DNA of 45,875 nucleotides from positions 1 through 45,875 of IMG/VR virus record IMGVR_UViG_3300048919_000216. One strand, 5' to 3'. The stretch is from a virus. Shown piece after piece: positions 23,099 through 31,651 of the stretch. Position numbers and translations under genes: made by a program. Each line of letters starts with the position of its first letter. Positions within the stretch are counted from its first letter, which is position 1. The notes under the pieces are model-generated. The model was not told where the DNA came from, made no database searches, and saw only the letters and a program-made list of their open reading frames with translations.

Positions 23099-23764
23099 TC
23101 AATCCAAACGTTGACGATCGCGGTAGCCGCCAAAAGCGCTACTGCCGTCAATTGTGATGTTGTCGTTAAAGGTGATGCCGCGTCGCCAGGCGAAGGAAAC
23201 GGAGTAAAGCGTTTCCGGCGTCTTAGCCGTCGTCATTGCGCGCATTGCGCGGCGGATAGGTTCGAGATCAACAGACGTGATGGCGGATCGCCCGAAGGCG
23301 CTGCGCCCGATCTGTAAGCGGTTCTTTGGCGCGGTAAGCTTGAGCTTAACCAGGTAGTGCGCCACGAACGCCTTGTGCGCGATCGGCGTCAGTCCGATTA
23401 CGGCTCGACCAAAGGTGAAGCGTGACGGATGCGCGATCCGGTCAATAATTTCCGCGTCCACGAACGCGAGATATCGCTTCAAGCCGACCAATGTTCCTTT
23501 CAGCGTCGCCAAAGGCGAAGCCGGATAGACTGTCGAGACGCCCGCACATTGCGCGATCATTTCGCGCTTCCGGTCATCCGGCCAATCGTCGAACCACAAA
23601 TCAACCGAGTGATGCGCAGCAAGCCAAGGAAGGAACCGCGCAGGCGTTCGATACGGGTCCATGATTTCGGCGTAAGGGATAGGCAAATCATCCGACATGC
23701 CCGCCGCCAAAGCGTGTTCAAACTCGGCGGAAGACGACGGCAGAAGAACGGACACATCATTCAC
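23099..23764 (-). CDS. Tail protein I (P2 gpI, baseplate)
   Basis: LLP.......E.AL...... followed by DPYRTPARFLPWLAAHHSVDLWFDDWPDDRKREMI is the gpI signature. It is coupled to gpJ. Confidence 0.85.
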   Translation of the reverse strand: MNDVSVLLPSSSAEFEHALAAGMSDDLPIPYAEIMDPYRTPARFLPWLAAHHSVDLWFDDWPDDRKREMIAQCAGVSTVYPASPLATLKGTLVGLKRYLAFVDAEIIDRIAHPSRFTFGRAVIGLTPIAHKAFVAHYLVKLKLTAPKNRLQIGRSAFGRSAITSVDLEPIRRAMRAMTTAKTPETLYSVSFAWRRGITFNDNITIDGSSAFGGYRDRQRLD

Positions 23765-24714
23765 GGTCGCACCTCTACATCGATTGTGAGCGCAGTCATG
23801 ACCGGCACTCTGTAAGGGTCAGGCTCAATCACAACAGGAGCGCGATCGCGCACCTTGATGATGCCAACGCCGAAAGCCGAACCGGAAAGCAGCCCTGCCG
23901 GTATCTCGCCGCCGATCAGCGTTCGATCATTCGCCGCGGCTGTCACTCGCTTGATGGCTTCAGCCTTCAGCACGTCAGGAGACGGGCCGACCGCGGGGAC
24001 TTCCAGAACCAGCGAAACCGCATATTCGACACGGGACGCGGCCATGACAGAGATTGCAACAGCTTCCGGCGCGCGGTTGGGATGCGTAACAGCCGCACGG
24101 ACGCTGGCAAGTTCTGCAGGGGTAGGAAGGCGACCTTCCGGGCCGATAACGACCACGTCAGTATCGCCAACGCGGCCATGGATAGCACGTCCATTTACGC
24201 GCGCATCCCATAGCCCCAAAGTCTTGTCAGCGGATTGCGGCCAAGCCGTCCAGGCATCGTATAGATATCGCCCGGCAGAGGCCGAGGCGGGAACATCGAA
24301 GGACAGAAGGTAGCGACGAAGCAAAGCGTCATCACCTTCCATGATAGCGGCTGCGCTTGAAGTAGCAGGCACGATCACAATCCGAGCGAGGTTGCGACCG
24401 GCTGCGATGCCTTCAAGATTGCTGCCCTTGGCATAGGCCGCAAGCAGCGCCCGAAATGCATCGTTCACGCGCTGGCGATCCATTAGGCGCAGATAAGACC
24501 AAGCCTCGCCGACAATGCCCGCAGGATCTGTTTCAAGGCTTTGCACGTCATAGGCAGGAAGCGCCGGGTTGATGGCGCGTTGCGTTTCCCAGAAGGCCAG
24601 AAAGCGCACTTTGAAGGCCGCATAAAGCGCCTCGAAGTCCAGCGCCTCGATGGCGTCAGGCGCAGGCAGACGCGAAATATCAATGCTGGTGGGGGCGTAA
24701 ACAGCGAGTGTCAT
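23761..24714 (-). CDS. Baseplate assembly protein J (P2 gpJ)
   Basis: ATG 24714 (MTLAVYAPTSIDISRLPAPDAIEALDFEALYAAFK...) overlaps the gpW stop (ATGA). The 24879 start in the ORF track is an out-of-context extension. Confidence 0.85.
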   Translation of the reverse strand: MTLAVYAPTSIDISRLPAPDAIEALDFEALYAAFKVRFLAFWETQRAINPALPAYDVQSLETDPAGIVGEAWSYLRLMDRQRVNDAFRALLAAYAKGSNLEGIAAGRNLARIVIVPATSSAAAIMEGDDALLRRYLLSFDVPASASAGRYLYDAWTAWPQSADKTLGLWDARVNGRAIHGRVGDTDVVVIGPEGRLPTPAELASVRAAVTHPNRAPEAVAISVMAASRVEYAVSLVLEVPAVGPSPDVLKAEAIKRVTAAANDRTLIGGEIPAGLLSGSAFGVGIIKVRDRAPVVIEPDPYRVPVMTALTIDVEVRP

Positions 24715-25094
24715 GATGATCTTTCCGCGATGACGACGCGCAGGCTCTGATCTTCCGCAATGGAATAGTCGCCGCGATGACCGAGAGGAAAATAGGTGCC
24801 GTAGATTTCGAGAGACAAAGCACCCGTCACATCGGCCCGCGTGACCCTGCCGAAACGCATTCGAAAGCGCGGTTCCCAAATCTGGATGGCGGTCGCCGAC
24901 GCGGAGTAGAGTTTCAGGATATTGCGTGGCGTCATCTTCGCGTCGATCAGATCCGGAATGTCAGAGCCGAAGTCGCGACGCATGACGCGAGATCCGCGTG
25001 GCGTTTCCAAAATCTTCCTAATTGACTGCTGAGTGTGGTCCCAATCAGTCAGGGGCGCGCCGGTTACGGCGTTGACGCCTGTTGAGCTTGGCAT
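24711..25094 (-). CDS. Baseplate assembly protein W (gpW / T4 gp25-like)
   Basis: 127 aa from MPSSTGVNAVTG. I.QSIRKILETPRGSRVMRRDFGSDIPDLID is the GPW_gp25 motif. Confidence 0.85.
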   Translation of the reverse strand: MPSSTGVNAVTGAPLTDWDHTQQSIRKILETPRGSRVMRRDFGSDIPDLIDAKMTPRNILKLYSASATAIQIWEPRFRMRFGRVTRADVTGALSLEIYGTYFPLGHRGDYSIAEDQSLRVVIAERSS

Positions 25095-25242
25095 CGGGAT
25101 TTCCCTTATCGACAGGCATAACGACATTGCCGAACGGCGGCGCAAGTTCGCGCGCCTGATCGGCAGACAAAGAGATTTCCTCGCCAGCCGATCGCCAGCG
25201 CCCGGCAATCTCGCAGCCGGTTCTAACAATGTAATTTTTCAC
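25045..25242 (-). CDS. Possible small ORF (65 aa, GTG start) between gpV and gpW
   Basis: AGGGG lies 5 nt upstream of GTG 25242. It overlaps the gpW start by 50 nt and has a basic tail. Weak. Confidence 0.25.
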   Translation of the reverse strand: MKNYIVRTGCEIAGRWRSAGEEISLSADQARELAPPFGNVVMPVDKGNPDAKLNRRQRRNRRAPD

Positions 25243-25250
25243 GGGAGCCC

Positions 25251-25811
25251 CTAGTCTACGGCGAAGACAGTTTCGGAGCCTTCGACGATAGGCCACTTGC
25301 CAGATGATGAGCCGCTTTGAACGTGGACCAGGTCGCCAATTCGAGCGACCTTCTTTCCACCTTCACCGCCGAGCTGCACGTTCGAAGACTGGACAATGAC
25401 TGTATCGGCAGTGACTTTTGCGCGATCGCCAGTGGCCTCGATGACAGTGCTGCCGATCTTGATGTGAAAAGGCGTGTCGCTGTTTTCGCGGGCGTTCTCG
25501 TCACTATAGGTCGAGAAGTCGATTTGAGCGTCCGCGAGATCGCCGCTTTCCGAGACCACGTCAACCTGTTCGCCGACGCTGTAAAGCACATCAACCTTCA
25601 CGCCACCGGCAGAAAGCGTTCGGGCTTTGATCCACGGCGTGAGGAACGGCTTTTTGCCCTGCTGGGACAGCTCGACACGATACTTGCTTTTATCGTCGCT
25701 GATTTCAGCGATCTTACCCTTTCGGCGACGGTTGCGATTTCTGCGTTCCAACTCGGCAATCCGAAAATTGATATCCGTGATGTGGTCGACAAGCCATTTC
25801 GTGGCGATCAT
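25251..25811 (-). CDS. Baseplate assembly protein V / central spike (P2 gpV)
   Basis: 186 aa. RNRNRRRKGKIAEI......YRV.......P....W....... and the C-terminal beta-rich spike region fit gpV. It precedes gpW and gpJ. Confidence 0.8.
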   Translation of the reverse strand: MIATKWLVDHITDINFRIAELERRNRNRRRKGKIAEISDDKSKYRVELSQQGKKPFLTPWIKARTLSAGGVKVDVLYSVGEQVDVVSESGDLADAQIDFSTYSDENARENSDTPFHIKIGSTVIEATGDRAKVTADTVIVQSSNVQLGGEGGKKVARIGDLVHVQSGSSSGKWPIVEGSETVFAVD

Positions 25812-25814
25812 GGC

Positions 25815-26558
25815 TCAAGCCCCCACAGGCGTCAGCAGCAGCGCATCGGCCTCGTCATAGATCATGCCGAAGCGTCGCCTTGCCGCCGCCAACTCGTCAT
25901 CGTTGCCTTCGATCTGCGCTTTCATCAGCGCAAGTTTTGGTCCCATGTCTGGTTGACGCCGGACAAGATCAGCCTCGCATTTCGCGAAGAATGAGGTGAG
26001 AGGCGATGCGGCGTTCAGCGCCGAACCCCTTACCGGCTCTGCGACGGCCTCGACGGTCAGTTTTAGTTGATGAGCTGCGAGCCGAACGCCTTGCGTGTCG
26101 CCGCTCACCCGCGCCCGTTCAGACTTCTGATAGGTAAGGATAAGCGATCTAAAAATTTCCGCCCACTCATTATCGGGCGAGGCAAGCGCATCAGAGATCT
26201 GGCGCATCGTCAGATCGAGATGAAATTCGAAGTTGGCATCCGTGGCGGGAACGCCCTCAAGAATTACCTGCTCATCAGTGTTAGGATCCGTCGTGATATG
26301 AGGCGACGCTATACCCGCCTCGAAAATGAGGTCCACGTTCCCGCTACCGCCCAATGCGCGAAGCTGGAGACCGGACAGCACTTTGCTGTCATCAGCATAG
26401 ACGGAAATAAATGGGCGATCCTTATCCGTCCGCAGGCTTCCGTTGGCATCGACATCGAGCGCGCCGATTTCGCTATCTAGGACGTTATCACCGACAAGGG
26501 TCTGACCTTTCAGCGCCTCGACAGCGCAGATGCGTAGCGCAATACGAACAATAGACAT
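25815..26558 (-). CDS. Hypothetical virion protein (247 aa), head-tail connector/completion region
   Basis: It lies between the head and baseplate modules. No motif recognised. Confidence 0.6.
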   Translation of the reverse strand: MSIVRIALRICAVEALKGQTLVGDNVLDSEIGALDVDANGSLRTDKDRPFISVYADDSKVLSGLQLRALGGSGNVDLIFEAGIASPHITTDPNTDEQVILEGVPATDANFEFHLDLTMRQISDALASPDNEWAEIFRSLILTYQKSERARVSGDTQGVRLAAHQLKLTVEAVAEPVRGSALNAASPLTSFFAKCEADLVRRQPDMGPKLALMKAQIEGNDDELAAARRRFGMIYDEADALLLTPVGA

Positions 26559-26576
26559 GGGTTCACCGAAGAATGT

Positions 26577-26960
26577 TCAGACCTGATTAAGGCCGATGAT
26601 GAGGCGCGTGTGGTCTCGGTCGTTGACCGTCGCCACTTCGAATACCGGCTTTCCGGGCCGCGTCATTGCGCGGAGGCTGTCACCTTTTGACAACTTGATT
26701 TCAGGATAAGCAGTGCGATCGACATAGAGAAACGCATGTCCCGCTGCGATCTTCGAGTGAAAGGATCCTGCGCCGTTAACATCGAGCGGCCCGCCCTTTT
26801 CATCACCAGTCCGCAAAACTGCGATGATCGACTGCTGCGGCCTGCCGGGATCCGCGACCTTGTTTTTCATCGGCGAAAACCTGATTTCCTCCGCAAACTT
26901 CTGGTCAACCGACGACACCACGGCGTCCCGTGCGGCGGCAAATGATGATGCAACAGGCAT
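26577..26960 (-). CDS. Hypothetical virion protein (127 aa), possible head-tail joining/completion protein
   Basis: It lies directly downstream of the capsid gene. Its size and beta-rich pattern resemble head-closure proteins. Confidence 0.55.
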   Translation of the reverse strand: MPVASSFAAARDAVVSSVDQKFAEEIRFSPMKNKVADPGRPQQSIIAVLRTGDEKGGPLDVNGAGSFHSKIAAGHAFLYVDRTAYPEIKLSKGDSLRAMTRPGKPVFEVATVNDRDHTRLIIGLNQV

Positions 26961-27025
26961 TGGTCTCTCCGGGTAGGGTTGCGGTCATCCGGCCACCCAA
27001 AGGGCGACCGGATGATTGTTCGTGA

Positions 27026-28075
27026 TCAATTGGTGCTGAGCTGCACCAAGCAGTCAGGCTGCTTGCAAATTGCGAGCATGTTGGACTGCGATTTCAGTTC
27101 GAGGCCAGCGCCGTGATCGAGAACCTTCGTGGAAATGAAGATCGAGCCGTCTTCCTCTTCGGTCGGCGCCTGGTTAACCTGATCAATGTGATAGGCGGGC
27201 GCATCGTACGTGCGGAACATCGACTGCGTACCGGCTGGGTAGGCCGTGCCGCTATTGTCATCCACGTTTTTGACAGTCGAAATCTTCCCGTCTTTATCCT
27301 TGACCGGTAGACCGCCCTTGTATTCACGCCAGACGATATCACCAAATTCAAAGACGCGGCCCCAGTTGCCGCCGAGGCGCTGACGTTCCAAGGTCGTATG
27401 CAGGCCGGAATTCTGCGCCTGCACCCAGAACTTTTCGACGTTGGCATGTGAGATCAGCTTGGAAAAGAACTTGCTATCGACCACGGCTTCAACAGAGCCG
27501 ACCGTTTCGCCCTTGGTGTTGCTGACGACGTGATCGACAACCTCTTCGCACTTTTCGCGAACCTTCGTTCCCGCCGTTCCAAGCGCGAACTCGACCACCT
27601 TCTTTTCGACGCCGAACGTCTCGTAAAGATTGTAGAGAGTGCGCAGCTTGCCGTCCTTGATCTCGCCGCGCAGCATGCCAAGTCGCAGAAACTCGCGGGT
27701 GATGGCATGGTTTTTGCGGATCGTCACAAGCTTGCGCTCAAGTTCGGCATCCAGCGAGCGCGGGGTTATCTCGCCGCCGACGACTTCGAGCAGGCCGTCG
27801 ATATCGCCAACGAGAATGCTTTCAAGATGTACGAAATGCGGGATTGCAATTATGAAGCCGGTCTGAGTGTCGTCGCCATTCACTTCGCCAGGAGCGCCCG
27901 GCTCTTGGTGCGACAGGACAACGATCTGACCGTCACGGAAATCGATGCGAACCATGCGGGAGCGCTTCGGTTCGCTTGGCGCGAGATTGAGCGCGTTAAG
28001 AAGGCCGAACGTATTCGGCAGTTTGTTGACCTCTTCGGAAAGCTCAACGTTGGTGTAGGGAAGCAAAATTTCCAT
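27026..28075 (-). CDS. Major capsid protein, lambda gpE family
   Basis: 349 aa from MEILLPYTNVELSEEVNKLPNTFGLLNALNL (family-typical N-terminus). It is preceded by a gpD-like decoration gene and a ClpP-type protease. Confidence 0.8.
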   Translation of the reverse strand: MEILLPYTNVELSEEVNKLPNTFGLLNALNLAPSEPKRSRMVRIDFRDGQIVVLSHQEPGAPGEVNGDDTQTGFIIAIPHFVHLESILVGDIDGLLEVVGGEITPRSLDAELERKLVTIRKNHAITREFLRLGMLRGEIKDGKLRTLYNLYETFGVEKKVVEFALGTAGTKVREKCEEVVDHVVSNTKGETVGSVEAVVDSKFFSKLISHANVEKFWVQAQNSGLHTTLERQRLGGNWGRVFEFGDIVWREYKGGLPVKDKDGKISTVKNVDDNSGTAYPAGTQSMFRTYDAPAYHIDQVNQAPTEEEDGSIFISTKVLDHGAGLELKSQSNMLAICKQPDCLVQLSTN

Positions 28076-28160
28076 TGCGGAGTGATCCTTGAAAAATTGC
28101 GCAGGAAGTCGCATCCCGCGCACGCAGGCGAAAAGAGCCGGCTATGGGTGAAAGGGGGAG

Positions 28161-28601
28161 TTAGGTACGCAGGATGAGGCCGAGGCGGTCCGCCATGTCC
28201 TCAATGGCCGCAGACTGCTGGTCGGCAGTTACGCCTTCAGGCCACACAATGGAGGCGCGGGCGAGAACCGAGAAACGGCGAGAGTAAAGCAGGCCGTCGA
28301 CTCGGTCCGCGTCAGCAGCCGCTTCGCAATCCTTCAGGCAGACGCCGTGGACGATCTGGCTTCCGTCCGTTGCAGCCGGGTTCCAAGCGACCAGCTTGCC
28401 TTTCTTCGCACCGGCTGGAGCCTGATCAGTTCCGACGATCTTGCCGACCAACTGGCCCATCCTGACGAGGCGGGATTTTCCACCCTCACCGGCGAGCAAT
28501 GTGCCAACGGCCCGAGAAATCTCCGTGCTGACTTCGTGTTTCAGCAGCGAGGACATACCAGGTGTCTGCTGGAATTTCATAACAGGCAAAATGCCACTCA
28601 T
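28161..28601 (-). CDS. Head decoration protein (lambda gpD-like)
   Basis: KLVAWNPAATDGSQIVHGV...LYSRRFSVLARASIVWPEG parallels gpD (KLVAWDGTTDGAAVGIL...FYKSGTFRYEDVLWPE). Confidence 0.75.
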   Translation of the reverse strand: MSGILPVMKFQQTPGMSSLLKHEVSTEISRAVGTLLAGEGGKSRLVRMGQLVGKIVGTDQAPAGAKKGKLVAWNPAATDGSQIVHGVCLKDCEAAADADRVDGLLYSRRFSVLARASIVWPEGVTADQQSAAIEDMADRLGLILRT

Positions 28602-28652
28602 GTCGTGTTCCTTTCGAGAGGAATTTGGAGGTTCGGTTTAGCGGGTGGCCGC

Positions 28653-29711
28653 TTACTTCTTCATCTTGGCGACGCGGGCATCCATGCGAGCCGACAGCCC
28701 GCCCTTTGCCTGCGGCTTACCACCGCCATTTTCGCGGTTGAGGTCCTGTGCATTCATCATGCGCTTGGGTGGCTGGTACTCCTGCTCGCCACTGGTCTCG
28801 GCCTTCGGGGCGAGGGAAAGCGTAGCCTTGGCGGCTTCCACGGTGCTGCCGGAGTTGAAAAGATGCTCGGCAAGCGCTTCGCAGCCCTTGGCCTCGTCCA
28901 GCGCCATGATGGCCGCGCGGCGTTCCAAAGCCTCTTTAACGGCGTCAGCCGTGGCGGCAGTTGTGGACGCTGTCAGCTTTGCGACCTGGTCTTTCAGGCC
29001 ATTGTTTTCTTTTTCAAGCTGCTCGGCGCGCTCTTTGTCGGTCATGGTGGTTTCCTTCGAAGGTTTAGGCGTTTCGGTTTTCGGGGGATGGCTGGCCGTG
29101 ATCGACCATTTTTTTGTCTTCGCCATCGCAACCAGTTTTTTCGGTGCATTGTCGAAGAGGCCATAATCGAAGGCCGCGACAGGCTTCGATTTCTCGGTTG
29201 AGGTCGCGTCGGCGAAACCCTCGGTCACTGCTTCAGCTGGCGTGTACCAACGCTCGGCGATCATGATTTCGCGGCATTCTTCCGGGGTCTTTCCCGACTT
29301 GGCCGCGTAGACCCGCGCGTAAGACGTTGCCAAAGCTTCCAGAGCCTCGACTGTCTTGCCGTGTTCGGCTGAGGTGCCGAAGGTGTAGCCGCTCGGATCG
29401 TGGATCATCATGACGGAACCTGCCGTCATGGTGACGGTATGACCTGCCATCGCGATCAGGGACGCGGCAGAAGCTGCAATCCCTTCGATGATGATGTTAG
29501 TGATGCCAGGGCGAGCAGAAAGCAGGGCGTGGATCGCAGCGCCCTCGGTCGCGACACCGCCGCCTGAATTGAGATGAACGTCCAGTTCGGACTCGCCATC
29601 AACTTGCGACAAGGCCACGATGACATCAGTGGCGGTAAAGCCGTCATCGTAATAATAGTCGCCGACATAGCCGGAAAGCCGAAGCTTTCCGTCTTCAAGA
29701 ATTGCAGCCAT
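28653..29711 (-). CDS. Head maturation protease (ClpP/S14-type) fused to a scaffold-like C-terminal domain
   Basis: NSGGGVATEGAAIHALL...IEGIAASAASLIAMAG...MIHDPS carries the Ser and His motifs. The C-terminal half is a charged coiled coil. Confidence 0.85.
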   Translation of the reverse strand: MAAILEDGKLRLSGYVGDYYYDDGFTATDVIVALSQVDGESELDVHLNSGGGVATEGAAIHALLSARPGITNIIIEGIAASAASLIAMAGHTVTMTAGSVMMIHDPSGYTFGTSAEHGKTVEALEALATSYARVYAAKSGKTPEECREIMIAERWYTPAEAVTEGFADATSTEKSKPVAAFDYGLFDNAPKKLVAMAKTKKWSITASHPPKTETPKPSKETTMTDKERAEQLEKENNGLKDQVAKLTASTTAATADAVKEALERRAAIMALDEAKGCEALAEHLFNSGSTVEAAKATLSLAPKAETSGEQEYQPPKRMMNAQDLNRENGGGKPQAKGGLSARMDARVAKMKK

Positions 29712-29722
29712 TGTGGATTACC

Positions 29723-29980
29723 TTAGTAGGGGCGGAAACGACCGCTGATAGCGTGCCGCCGTGCTTTTGGTTTCTCGCCGCGCGCAATCTGGCAATTGCG
29801 GATGGCCTCGTTCAAGGCGCGCTGCACGTCCGAAAGAGACACGTTCGCGTAGCGCATCATGTCTTGCCCGAAACGGGCTTCCGTCAGCATCTCGCCTGAA
29901 AGCAAAGCCTCTTCGACTTTGCGAAGCTTGGCGGCACGATCACACCAATTGATATTCAGGGGGTCATCGACGTCTGCCAT
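29723..29980 (-). CDS. gpW-like head-tail joining protein
   Basis: 85 aa. LRKVEEALLSGEMLTEARFGQDMMRYANVSLSDVQRALNEAI...RRHAISGRF parallels lambda gpW (AL.DL.TG......V..DGR.V.F....VSDL..YI.ELE....RR....F). Confidence 0.5.
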   Translation of the reverse strand: MADVDDPLNINWCDRAAKLRKVEEALLSGEMLTEARFGQDMMRYANVSLSDVQRALNEAIRNCQIARGEKPKARRHAISGRFRPY

Positions 29981-31651
29981 TTACGCGACCTCCTTTGCGG
30001 GATCACGGTTTCCGGGGGCAGCGGCACCAAGAGGCCCGCCGCCCCCGCCTTGCGACCGGCCAAACGGATGAGGAACGCCTTCGGCATCGAACATTTTCTT
30101 TTCGCGTCCGAGCTGCACGATCTGTTCCTCGCCGTTTTTGCCAGCAAGAGCGCACTCGTCATGGAAGGTGGAAATTCCTGTTTCCAGACGAATTTTGACG
30201 GCCAAAGCCGCCTTGTAATCATCCGCAGATGGTGCAGCCGGTCCGCTCCACTCGGCCTGATAAACGCTTTCGCGATCACGGCTGAAGGCTGCATATCCAC
30301 CCTTGAAAGGGATGATCTTGCGGAAGATCATTTCATCAAGCCAGCGCTCGAAAATGCCCTGAAGGAACGGGGCGACAATCCGCGACCGGCGGCGCAGAAC
30401 CAGCGGCCAGATGCTAGCAACCGCCATCCGAACCGAGGAATACGATGCGTTGGAATGATCCATCGCAAGCGCCTCGTAGGTAATCCCAAGGCAGCGGGCG
30501 ATTTCCTTCAGCAGACTTTGGAAGAACGGCAGATACTGCGATCCGGGAGTTGCTGCCGTGTGGAACTCGAATGTTTCGCCCGGCCCAAGATGGTTGATGC
30601 GTCCGGAATCAGACATCGAAATGCCCTTCTCCTTCAGCGCATCGATCCGGTTGCCCCAAACGTCCATTAGGTCTTGCTGAAGGCCACCGATGTATTCGCC
30701 CCAATTGCCGTCAAAGCCTTCGGGCGCATCCATGTCGGAAAGTTTCTGGATGGCCTCAAAAGCGTCGTCGCTCGGCTCCGGGCTTTTGATCGTCGCCGCA
30801 AAGATCGTTTGCATCAACGCTGTTGCCAGCGTTGCGTCCGCGAGCTGATCTGATTGCGCGATAACCTTCAGTGCAGGTGTCAAAACCGAGATGCCACGTG
30901 GGCTGTTGAGGTTGGCCGCACGATCCATGACATGGATCACGTCAGCGCCATCAATAATCCGATCGGACTCGATACCGTTTTTGCGCACCCGGAATTTGTA
31001 GCCAATCGCCCGGTTTGCTTCGTCGTGGTAGATGCCTTGATCGAGACCGATGCTCTCATTCGTAGAGCGGGGGCAGCGATGCGAGGCGATCAATGAAACC
31101 TTCAGGCCCGTCTTGAGGCCGAGGCGTTGTTGCTCATCGAGAGGAAGCTGATCGAGAACGCCGAAGCCTTCACCGGAAGCAAGATAGCCGAGCAGAAGCG
31201 CTTCGGCCATTTCGGCAATCGTTGCCTTGCCTGCGAGATCGCATTCCTTCGGGTTCCACGCCCAGCGCCGCCATTCCCTTTCAACCTTCCGGCACCATGC
31301 CGCAGCCTGCTTCTTTGTGTAGCCGAAGGCTTCCAGTTGGGACCGAAGGTTGAGCTTCAGCTCGTCACCGATGGTATCGGTGATGATCTGTTGGACCGCG
31401 CCCGAAATCCACCCGCTGTTTTGCATGAAGTCAAAGGCCAGCGCCGAGGCTCGCTCGGCAGACTCTCTAACATCATTGCGGGCATCACGCGTGACCGCGC
31501 GGCGCATGGCAAGGGTTCCTGCCTTGTCGCCGCGCAGATAGCGTGCCGTCATCTTGCGCGCCTGCGGCTTGTGGGCGACCGGCGCTTCGATACGAACTGA
31601 ATTCGCTTTGACGCGATGGCGCGGTTTCTCGCTCAAGAGTATGACCCCCAA
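29981..31651 (-). CDS. Portal protein, lambda gpB family
   Basis: 556 aa, immediately after TerL. It shows conserved lambda-portal blocks. The start is uncertain (TTG 31651 overlaps the TerL end; ATG 31552 is an alternative). Confidence 0.85.
   Translation of the reverse strand: MGVILLSEKPRHRVKANSVRIEAPVAHKPQARKMTARYLRGDKAGTLAMRRAVTRDARNDVRESAERASALAFDFMQNSGWISGAVQQIITDTIGDELKLNLRSQLEAFGYTKKQAAAWCRKVEREWRRWAWNPKECDLAGKATIAEMAEALLLGYLASGEGFGVLDQLPLDEQQRLGLKTGLKVSLIASHRCPRSTNESIGLDQGIYHDEANRAIGYKFRVRKNGIESDRIIDGADVIHVMDRAANLNSPRGISVLTPALKVIAQSDQLADATLATALMQTIFAATIKSPEPSDDAFEAIQKLSDMDAPEGFDGNWGEYIGGLQQDLMDVWGNRIDALKEKGISMSDSGRINHLGPGETFEFHTAATPGSQYLPFFQSLLKEIARCLGITYEALAMDHSNASYSSVRMAVASIWPLVLRRRSRIVAPFLQGIFERWLDEMIFRKIIPFKGGYAAFSRDRESVYQAEWSGPAAPSADDYKAALAVKIRLETGISTFHDECALAGKNGEEQIVQLGREKKMFDAEGVPHPFGRSQGGGGGPLGAAAPGNRDPAKEVA

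Noticed and set aside
23761-24879. Long N-terminal extensions appear in several ORF-track entries: gpJ 24879, gpW 25229, capsid 28123, fibre 20736, large tail protein 23151, o-spanin 9165 and 37475..38146.
   Set aside because: The extensions are Arg/Cys/Ser-rich and overlap the upstream gene. Internal ATGs with ATGA coupling or good RBS reproduce the family-typical N-termini.
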